A stretch of 64,000 nucleotides of DNA from Eledone cirrhosa (lineage: Eukaryota), in contig OZ024747.1 of NCBI GenBank assembly GCA_964016885.1, forward strand, positions 3,286,001 through 3,350,000, written 5' to 3'. Within the stretch, counting starts at the first letter, position 1. Each line of letters starts with the position of its first letter. The translations under genes were made by a program, and so were the position numbers. The notes below the pieces were generated by a model. It was not told where the DNA came from. It did not search any database and saw only the letters and a program-made list of their open reading frames with translations. Shown in pieces: positions 54,451-64,000 of this stretch.

Positions 54451-54806
54451 TAATTGATAGGTTTCTCAAATTGGTGTTATATCTTGTATGCAGCTTCGGA
54501 CTTTTCATATAGTGTATAAGGTTTTCTCTTTCTCCATGACATAAATATTGATGGTTTAATTCCCAAGATTCATGAGTAGAGTTAGTGTTAAACTGAAAAG
54601 TTATGGGAATAAGAAGATTAAGTGGGTATATTAGACAGGAACACATTAATACAAGATATTTAGAATGGCAGATGTTGTAATTTCTACTCCAACTAAAGAT
54701 ATGTGTACATAGAGAAAACGAGAGACTTTGCAGAAGTTATTAGGAATGAACACCTTAGAGGGCAATATAATTGAAGTGGATGTTCTCATTGCTACATAAA
54801 AGTACT

Positions 54807-55283
54807 TTAACCATTTTGTTACAAAACTGTCTGAAGCTGCCTTTGTTTCTATTACACAAGGCTGTTTAATTTACAGTAATTACATTTGTCTAAAAATTTT
54901 CCACCATTATTTTATGTAAGAATATTATTCTATGCAAGGTCGGGTGATTGGCAGTATCGGTGGAGGGGCGGACGCCAAGCTTTACAGCATGGAGTTAGGC
55001 CCTTTTACGGTCTGAGTTCAAATCCCGCCGAGGTTAACTTTGCCTTTCATCCTTACGGGGTCGATAAAATAAAGTACCAGTAATGCACTGGTATAATTGC
55101 TGGCCTTGTGCCCAAAATAGAAACAATTATTTTAATTAAGAACCTTAGTTATATTCTGATGACCATCTTATCAATGTGAATTTTAGTTATATTATTAAAT
55201 CTTACCAAATTCTTGATGATTTTCAAAAGCGTTTAAAATGCATTGAGTGTAACTCATCAGAAATACTGTAATGAAATGGTTAA
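54807..55283. mobile_element. Second piggyBac-type MITE family with a nested SINE
   Basis: TTAA-CCATTTTGTTACA ... TGTAATGAAATGG-TTAA; a related left end occurs at 63611. Confidence 0.6.
54938..55130 (+). mobile_element. SINE family A
   Basis: GATTGGCAGTATCGG..GAGTTCAAATCCCGCCGAGGTTAACTTTGCCTTTCATCCTTACGGGGTCGATAAAATAAAGTACCAG. Confidence 0.88.
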
Positions 55284-57396
55284 GAACACTTTAGGATTGG
55301 GTCAGCTTTTAAGGTTGTAACTATTATAGATGACCTTTGAGAAACTAAGAGATAGTTTTGACAAAAACTGCTGGAATTCTTTTTCGTTGGTGTCCAATGG
55401 AGAAAATTACTTAGTGGACATTCAAGATTCTAAATGTGTGTAGTTACCCTCCTTTGTAGAGAAGATGGCATGGAGGATGTGCTAGAGCAGTTTAAATGGA
55501 TCATGAATGTAAAGTGTAAGATGTTTGCCTAGAAGAGGAAGAGAATGCAAAACATGTGGTTTACTAAAGGACAACGAGAAAAATAAATTTGGAAATGACC
55601 AGCGGATGTTAAGAAGAAAATGTCCAGTAGATGGATTTTAAACAACCAAACTTACAAATTCACTTCTATTAAGACTATAATCAATGAATTATTTATGGTC
55701 TTGTTTATATTCTGACCATCACAATGATTGATTTAGGCAGAATGTGCTAATAGTAGTCATATAAAATGAACTGTGAAGTAATTTATACCTGATGTATTTT
55801 TGTTTAGCATGAGGGAGAATTTTTACTTTATTATAGAACAGCCATTGTGAATTTGGTAGTTTAAGTAAGATAGGTTGTTTAAAGTTTGGTGGATCTTTCA
55901 TAACAACCTATCAAATACCTACACATAAATAGAAGAGACAAAGTTGATTAGCAGTCTTTGGTATTGATGAAAATAACAGATAGCCAAAAGTGTCAGAGTT
56001 AATTAATAATTAAACATTTTTTTCCATTTAGCCAGTATTAATGTGTATTGCGAAAAATATTTTTAGTATCAGGACCTAACTTTTTAGTTCAGCCAATGAC
56101 TATATATAATTAAACACTTTTAAATGCTGCTCACACAAATGGAAAATAAATAGCTTTTTCTACTTTAATAGCAACTTGTAACTAAGAAAAATTGCTAAGT
56201 GATAGCATTAACTTCTCACTTTAATTGAACCATTTATTCTGTAGCATATTACTTTCTTAGAGATAGCTATTCTGGTAAATGTAGTGACAGCATAAAATTG
56301 TGAATATTTGCTTTACTCTGCACCACCACTCCGCCCCCTCCACATTCCTAGTTATCAGCATATGCCAGCTTTTCAAAAAGACAGTGATAACAATTTTCTT
56401 ATCGTTTAAAACAAGACTTTGAGATATTTTAGTCTAAAAATAATTTATTCAATAAATTATATCACGAAGAAAATTCTCCAAACTATTATTCATTAACGTT
56501 TAAATATTGGAGATAGCAAATATTTATTTTATTTATTTCATGGAATCAAGGTATTTGTTTAAGCAATTGCTCTTATTAAGTTGATTGAATATGCATTTTG
56601 TCAAAGAAGTTTGTGATAAGAACTGACTTTCAGTTAAATATATTAGACAAGTTGAACTCAGTAACCTAATGTATTTATTATATTATTTCACATTTAATAA
56701 TTCTCCGTTGTTGTTGTTAGTAATAATGATAACATGGACGATATATTTATAGAGCATAGATACGACTCTATTTGTTAATGTAACTGAGTACTTTTCACTT
56801 ATATAAGATATTAATAAAATATTATAATAGTTTTGGAAAATAATTTTCTCTAATGGAGAAAGTATATATTTTCAGTTTCGTTATAAATACTGGGATAGTT
56901 CAAGCTTTTCTTGTGTCCATGTGGAAGTTGATTTCTTCCTTAACTCTTTTAATACCACCTCAATCAAAATTTCACTATACTGATATCATGAAGTGTATGA
57001 TATCATATTAAGTTAGAGGTCAACAACATAATATACTGAGGTATAAGGTTACATATATGTTCAATTATATTGAATATTAATTGAAATCATATGCATTCTG
57101 CTTCTTAGAAATTCAATACAGCCCTAATAATGTTATAAGAATTTAAACCTTTTATAGAAGATGATTCAGTATAAAATTAAGGAACTAATCAGTAAAACAT
57201 TACACCTTTCATCTTTCCAAATATTGTTTCATCTGTGAAAATGAGCTTCATTTTACCAACTTAATTTTTTGTAAGAAAATACAATCTATTTCTTTACAAC
57301 TCATGACTAAACATTACGGGGTCGATAAAATAAAGTACCAGTAATACACTCGGTAATTGCTGGCCTTGTGCCTAATGTAAGAAACAATTATTATTA

Positions 57397-57590
57397 GAGG
57401 CGGTGGATTGGCAGTATCGGTAGAGAGTCGGACACCATGCTTTGCAGCATAGAGTTACGTCCCTTTATGATCTGAGTTCAAATCTCACCGAGGTTAACTT
57501 TGCCTTTCATCCTTACGGGGTCAATAGAATAAAGTACCAGTAATGTACTGAGTAATTGCTGGCCTTGTGCCAAAAGTAGAAACAATTATT
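57397..57590 (+). mobile_element. SINE family A, full length (preceded by a 3' fragment at 57315-57392)
   Basis: GGCGGTGGATTGGCAGTATCGG A-box-like head, GAGTTCAAATC B-box, conserved tail. Confidence 0.88.
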
Positions 57591-57951
57591 TTAATACTCT
57601 ACTCTATGGCTTTTTGACATTTCTGCCTCCTCCAATAACTGCTTAGTCTAGCATGTTTTTTTCATATTGACTTCAATAATATTTTGTGTTCTAGAAAGTA
57701 GATTCGGATATTTATTTGTCATTTTCTTAGAACTGTGATAAGAGATAATCAATGCCATTTCTTGTACATATGTGATATGCTTCATACTAAAATACAAATT
57801 TGACCTTTTATCAATATAACTTTAAAATAATATCTTGTATGCATACATTATAGTTTCTTGAGTAAAACTGGTTCATTGACATTGTTAACATTTTGTTGTT
57901 GTTTGAAGTTTTAGTCGTTTCTTTCTAATAGTAATAATAACAACAATTGTA

Positions 57952-58228
57952 ATAATTGTTTTTACTTTTAGCACAAGGCCAGCAATTTATCATCACCGTT
58001 TTACGTCCGTTCTTCCATGCTAGCATGGGTTAGACGGGTTGTCCTGTTGTGGGCAGTGTCTGGTCGGCTGACCATACCCAGTACATTACTGGTACTTTAT
58101 TTTATCGACTCCATAAGGATTAAAGGCAAAGTTAACTTCAATGGCATTTGAACTGAGACGTAAAGGGACGTAACTATGCTAGAAACATGGCGTCCAACCC
58201 TCTACCGATATTGTCAATTCACTGCCCT
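57952..58228 (-). mobile_element. SINE family A interrupted by an RTE 3' tail (about 57988-58075)
   Basis: SINE sequence resumes at TACCCAGTACATTACTGG; the insert is nearly identical to the reverse complement of 12535-12620. Confidence 0.85.
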
Positions 58229-58259
58229 TATAGTAATAATGATAATAATAATAATAATA

Positions 58260-58455
58260 ATTTCTACTTTGGGCAGGAGACCAGCAATTTTGGGGGAGGG
58301 GAAAGTCAATCAACTCCAGTGCATGACTGGTACTTTATTTTATTGACGCTGTAAGGATGAAAGGCAAAGCTGACCTCAGCAGGATTTGAACTCAGAACAT
58401 AAAGGGGCGTAACTCTATGCCACAAAGCATGTTGCCTGATGCTCTACCGATACTC
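58260..58455 (-). mobile_element. SINE family A variant
   Basis: Same core with a longer purine-rich tail segment; flanked by (AAT)n. Confidence 0.8.
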
Positions 58456-58829
58456 ATCATCCTCTTTTGTTCTAATAATAATAATAATAATAATAGTAAT
58501 AATAAAAAAATAAAGGCTTAGTGTGGCTTAGTGGTTAGGGTATTGATTGTATGATCATAAGATTTAGGGTTTGATCCCCTAACTGGGTTGTACATTGTGT
58601 ACTAGAGTATGGTATCTAATTTTATGATACTACAGTATATACAGCTACAAATGTGTAGCATGAACACCATCACACTTACCACTCGGCCACATGAAAAGCC
58701 TGTTGTATAAATCTTTAAAGGGAAGTAGATTTGAGGAATCATTAGAATATTGGACAAAAGGCTTTACTGTAACTAGTTATGGCCCTTTATATACATTATC
58801 ACTATTTTTACTTCTGTTTTTTCCATGGC

Positions 58830-58960
58830 TTGGACATTTAAATTTCAAGATAGTTTCTTTCAACTGGTCACAGACATTTAATGTTTCCTTTGTGAAGCTC
58901 AATATCTTGAAATCATCTATCACCATTTCTGTCCACTTGTCTTGGCCTTTTCCTTCCACA
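58830..58960 (-). mobile_element. Decayed RTE C-terminal fragment
   Basis: EGKGQDKWTEMVIDDFKIL resembles GRPRKTWxExVxxDL. Confidence 0.4.
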
Positions 58961-59867
58961 GATAACTTCTTTATTCACATTTATGATGTTTTATAAGAAT
59001 ATTAAATACATTCTGATACTTGAAAAGAACTGAAATGCAAAGCTGACTTTGTGATTTAAATTCAGAATGTAAAAGGATTCAGAGGTTTAGGGCTTAAAAC
59101 TAATCTAATCAGTATGCATCTTTGAACTATTAACGTCAGGCTCTGTGGTATATAATTATGGCCCTTTACATTCTGAGTTCAAATCCTGCTGAGGTTGAGT
59201 TTCTTATTTATCGTTGTGGTGCCAATAAACTAAGTATCAATCAAGTACTAAAGTCAATATAATTGACTGATCTCTATTTCTGGTCTTGTGTAAAAAAAAA
59301 CAAAAATCAATAAGAATACACTGATAATGATGTTTCTTTGTATTTCTGTTGATCACTAAATATACTGCCATTTCTGGCAAATAAACATAACTGATGTTAC
59401 ATCCTTTCCTGTAATGACAGCAAGCAATATCAATATAACTCATAATTTGTCTATTGATAACTTGACGATTCATACAGGAAATATTAAAGCAAAACGAAAA
59501 CCCTTTAATAACTAATCCCATTTCCAGGTGATATTTGGCTAGAGAAAACATTTATACTTAATGACCGAAAACATTAACACCAATGGCTGCCTCTTTATCT
59601 GTTCTGTTCCAAGTAGTCAGTGCTACAAGTGCTTTTTTATTGATGAAAATATATGTTTCGTACAATGACATTAGGAACAAAGACACGATAATAAGTATAT
59701 ACAATAACAAGTAATTCACTATAACATTGACATAAGCAGAAAATTGGCAGAGTTATTAGAATGTCAGATAAACGGCTTTCTCGTATTCATTCCAAATCTC
59801 TGTTCGCTGAGTTCAAATCCTGCTGAGATCAACTTCACTTTTCATCCGTTTGAGGTTGATAACAAAT

Positions 59868-60056
59868 AATTGTTTCTACTTTTTGGCACAAGGCCAGCAA
59901 TTATCCCAGTGCATTACTGGTACTTTATTTTATCGACCCCGTAAGAATGAAAGGCAAAGTTAACCTCGTCGGGATTTGAACTCAAACCATAAAGGACTGT
60001 AACTCTTTGCTGCAAAGCATGCTGCCCAACCCCGCTACCAACACTGCCAATCCACT
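59868..60056 (-). mobile_element. SINE family A (tail-to-tail with an older + copy at 59740-59862)
   Basis: Conserved family A sequence. Confidence 0.85.
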
Positions 60057-60362
60057 GTACTAGTTTAGTACTAGTAATTAAGGACAAGATAAAGACATAC
60101 AGAGACACATAAAAACCAAACTAATAAAACAAACCAGACGCACATATAGAACAAGCAACAAACTAGTAAATAAATGTATAAATAAATACCTGCATCCTCC
60201 ATCCTGTATATAACACATGTGCAATCCAAGTACACAGTACACAAAAACAAGATGGTGTAGGACAGAACAAAGTAGAGACACAAAATAACAAATTAGTCAC
60301 TGAGATGGCCACAGAATGTGTGACAAAAGAGCTTTGACAATAAATAAACAACCATCCAGTTA

Positions 60363-60583
60363 TTAACCCTTTAGAATTTACATTACTCTACATATACTAT
60401 TCTATTTTCGGGGTGAAGGCTTTATCTTACATAATTATCTTGCATTATATCGAATCTATGATATTATTTATTTTGATAATAATACCTTTATGTTGGTATG
60501 AGGGCCCGGTTACAGCCGGTTTGGACAGAAAGAAGTGAGAGAATTCTGGCCAGCTATGGCTGGTTTAAATGATAAAGGGTTAA
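60363..60583. mobile_element. piggyBac-type MITE
   Basis: TTAA-CCCTTTAGAATTT ... AAATGATAAAGGG-TTAA. Confidence 0.85.
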
Positions 60584-60738
60584 ACCAACTAACTGGAAAT
60601 TTGTAAGAAATTGAAGTGTAACCAACAAGTGCATGTGTTTTTATTGGCAAGCATGACCATCCCAAAGTATAACAATATATATATATATATATAGTGACGA
60701 AACATAAGTCAATTGCATGAACTCATAATCCTTCATTT

Positions 60739-60794
60739 ACTGCTATATATATTTCGATGATAGCCATTGAATGGCTATGACCTCATCAGGCAGT
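60739..60794 (-). ncRNA. Hammerhead ribozyme (minimal Penelope type), core intact
   Basis: Minus strand: ACTGC-CTGATGA-GGT-c-ATAGCCAT-tca-ATGGCTAT-c-ATC-GAAA-TATATA-TA-GCAGT. Stem I 5 bp, stem II 11 bp with one mismatch, palindromic stem III, AUA triplet. Confidence 0.85.
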
Positions 60795-60852
60795 TAGTCG
60801 GTTCTTAGATATGCCAGCTCTGAGTTTATAGTGTTGATGGTATCAGAGCCTT

Positions 60853-60897
<45 letters not shown>

Positions 60898-61045
60898 CGG
60901 TAGAACACTGGAAGCTAATATCCATAGTGATAAAGCACTCAGTCTATGGCACAAGTTTCTTAGAAGTAGTAACACAACTTATACTTCTATATATATAGAG
61001 AGATATATATATATATGTATGTATATATGTATGTATGTATGTTTA

Positions 61046-61690
61046 TGTCAGGTCAGCAGTTGGTGCTACTGGTAACATGTATCCCAGTACAACCTGTCCC
61101 ATGGTCGGGTCGTTGGCGACTAAACTGGCAACCCCACCAAGGTTTCTCGGTGAGGAGGGGGACTTTGGACATCCTGCAGGACTAAAAACAAAACCTGTCA
61201 AAGGGAAAAAGAGTTCTTAAGAGTCAATGGCCATCCAAAATCACCGGGAGAGATGACCCCTTAGCCTTTGTCAAGGCAGAATTCTAGGAGAAGGAAAACT
61301 CTGATATAACACCTGCAACTCTGATGGTATCCAATGATGTTGACATGTTCTTCTTTTTGGTAAATATCATCTTGGTTAAGAGAGTGGGACTGGCTTTGTG
61401 CAGTGCCTTTGCTCACTATAAAAGCTTCACGGCACAGGCATTGTTTTATATCTGGAGATCTCTCTGCACTTGTCGTCACATGGTACCATGTGTCCAGCAC
61501 TATGTGTCAATAATTGTCACAAGTGTAGTGTTTGTACCAGAGTTTTCAAGTCGCTGGCTGGACTAAAAAGTCACACTTGTTCAGCGCATCGGTATGGGTT
61601 CTCCTACATGGATATAAAGTAGTGGCCGTACTCGAAAACGAGTTGGCAGCCATCATGTATGTATGTATGTATGTATGTATGTATGTATGT
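61046..61690 (+). mobile_element. Putative non-autonomous RTE/BovB-like element (5' UTR joined to 3' end)
   Basis: RTE-5'UTR-like motif CTAGGAGAAGGAAAACTCTGA (about 61284); C2H2 finger CSVCTRVFKSLAGLKSHTCSAH at 61524-61589 followed by a stop; terminal hairpin CTCG-aaaa-CGAG; (GTAT)n tail. Confidence 0.6.
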
Positions 61691-61914
61691 ATAGTATAGT
61701 TGGCAATATACCGAATGTTTAATTAAAAACATTTAGAAGACCTTGCGCTATCAGTTTTAAAGTAGTGACTATGTCACTTACTTATTTATTTTCAGCGAAA
61801 GAAGGGAGAAATATATAAGTAGTGACATAGTCACTACTTTAAAACTGATAGTGTATGGTCTTCTAAATGTTTTTAATTAAACATACAGTATATTCCCAAC
61901 TATACTATACATAC
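61685..61914. mobile_element. Fold-back MITE-like element with about 105-bp arms
   Basis: TATAGTATAGTTGGCAATATAC.. pairs with ..GTATATTCCCAACTATACTATA; central loop about 14 nt. Confidence 0.75.
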
Positions 61915-63049
61915 ATTCATGTATACATCGCTATTTCAGAGCACCAATCCTAATGTATATATATATATATGTGTGTCTGGAGGGAAAATAAAATCAACAT
62001 TCAGTTGTGAATGTTGGTTGCCTGACATATGTATGCATTTTATTCATCCAGCATTGCTAGAAAGGAAACCATTTATGGAAAGTTGCTTCAAAAAAATCTA
62101 CATCCACTATATATTGATTATAGGTTTATGACCCATGGTTGCATTTAGTATTCCATTCTCATTTTGTATAAATAATGGTTAGTTTTGGGGTGATGATTGT
62201 AGAATAATCATCTTGCCTACTTTTTACAGCAGATTTCTCTATTGATTCAGACATCTATGGATCAATGTTTTTACCTCATCGTTCTTTAGGCAGTTGGAGA
62301 ACTTGATAAAATATAATGTAATATCCTGCATAGATGACCTTACAGTTTACAAGATATCTATATTTTATTTTTATACGCTGCAGCATTGTATTTAAAAACA
62401 AACATGATTTCTTATCTCACTTCTCTATAAATAATTTTATTGATTTCTTTTGACTTCACAAAGTCAAATTTTGTTGGTAAGAGTTCCTATTGAGTTGACC
62501 TCAGAATAAAACAGGTATCTGCTGAATTGACAAAGATCTGATATAAACTAATATTGAACATGGTGGGACAAAATTTAGTCTACCATCTATCACTGTTTTT
62601 GTATTTCTATATTTAGTCTGTCACTCTTCTTACATAGCCATGCACACTGACATTACACATGAATGGGTGTATACTCAGTTCATTTGTTTTAGCTTTTAGA
62701 CATCATCCACATTCAAGTTTTATGTCTCTGTACCATACAATATTGCACTTCGTGCACAAGCAGCATGCAGCCTGCCTTTCACTTGGAGAGAGAATCTCTT
62801 TGTGTCTTGCAGAGACAACAGCTCTCGAAAATTTATTCCCCCTATTCTTAATCTGGATACTGTATATTTGGAGCATCCACCTCAATTGTTTATTAAGTCA
62901 TCTATGTAATGGAAGCTATCATCATCTTATAGAGAGACTCCTAGGAATTTAAAGGAACTCATTTCATTGCTACTTTTACTTGATTGGTTCAGTTTCCATA
63001 CTTGGAATTTTTCCTGTAGTTCTTTTAAAAATTCAGCTCAACCTTGGCA

Positions 63050-63395
63050 TTGACATACATGATAGCTTACATATAACATGTGATGAACAAATCTGTTACA
63101 GAGAACTATAATAAATATGAAAAGGCTGAGACCTGAACTCTGTTGGACAGCTTGATGCTAACCCCCACCTTCTTGATAGCATCCTAATACATGACTTGTA
63201 TAGATCTCATAACACATTCATCTAGATTAAATTTTTCTTAGTGACCACCAAACTTCGATTGTGAAATCTTGTCAAAGGTTTACTGAAGATCAGCAAATGC
63301 TAGGTATAAAGACTTGTTCTTTGATGAAAGCTTCTTCTGTTGCTGTCAGACTTAGAAGAGTGCATCAGTGGTACACCTTACTGGTATAGAACTGT
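63050..63395 (-). pseudogene. Decayed RTE reverse transcriptase core
   Basis: Minus strand, in order: PVRCTTDAL, AFADLQ*TFDKI, QQSSGLSLFIFIIVL, matching GRSTTDAIF, F.DL.KAFD and QGS.LSP.LF; may continue at 62150-62350. Confidence 0.7.
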
Positions 63396-63764
63396 AATAT
63401 ATAAAAATTATCTTCCTAATTAACTATGCTATATCTCTTTTCTGCTACTTTCATAACATCACTTATTACATAGCATCGATTTGTATACAATTTAATACAG
63501 GTATCAAAAATTGATATTTACAATTTAAATTTATTTAGGGATTAAATAAACAATGGATGCTTAATCTTTTATGATAAAAATACTTGAGATAAAAGACACT
63601 ACCTATATATTTAACCCTTTTGATACCAACCTAGTCAATACCGGCTTTAGTTCTAAGAAAGAAAATCTCCCATTTTAAAGGAGTCCTATCTAAATAAAAA
63701 TGTTCAAACATATTCTTTTATATATACAAACCGTATGATCTATTACTGTCATAGTAATGAAATA

Positions 63765-63954
63765 TTTGTTTCTACTTTTGGCACAAGGCCAGCAATTACA
63801 CAGTACATTACTGTGGTACTTTATTTTATCGACCCCGTAAGGATGAAAGGCAAAGTTAACCTCGACGGGATTTGAACTCAGACCTTAAAGGGACGTAACT
63901 GTGCTAGAAAGCATGGCGTCCGACCCTCTACTGATACTGCCAATTCACTGCCCT
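63765..63954 (-). mobile_element. SINE family A, full length with 12-bp TSD
   Basis: AGTAATGAAATA at 63753-63764 and 63956-63967. Confidence 0.9.
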
Positions 63955-64000
63955 AAGTAATGAAATAATAATATTAGTAAATCTCTCAAAATTCTTCATT

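Noticed and set aside
54938-55040. tRNA gene
   Set aside because: Pol III boxes belong to a multi-copy SINE; no cloverleaf.
61046-61140. HDV-like or twister ribozyme call
   Set aside because: Several helices are visible, but I could not fit a canonical P1/P1.1/P3 or twister topology by eye.

Overview
AT-rich, microsatellite-dense eukaryotic DNA with no recognisable intact protein-coding gene. The supplied ORFs are translations of simple repeats, short chance ORFs, or decayed transposon fragments. The repeat complement (tRNA-headed SINEs with a GAGTTCAAATCC B-box, abundant RTE-LINE 3' ends with (GAT)n/(GAA)n tails, long TA/CA tracts) resembles what I recall of octopus (coleoid cephalopod) genomes; this taxonomic call is inference. 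The window is probably intergenic or a large intron. It holds fossil mariner, hAT, RTE, CR1 and REL-type LINE fragments, piggyBac/Tc1-mariner/Harbinger-type MITEs and many SINEs. The most interesting signal is invisible in the ORF track: at least eight hammerhead-ribozyme cores (CUGANGA...GAAA...UH) from several sequence families, one essentially intact (60739-60794, minus strand). They lie in short Penelope-like terminal-repeat remnants that abut (TA)n tracts and are often folded back into palindromes. Also notable are a compact non-autonomous RTE derivative retaining a C2H2 zinc finger, a 61-bp x5 amplification inside a CR1 3' end, and closely spaced inverted SINE pairs. Family assignments are by eye from motifs, without database searches; many boundaries are approximate.
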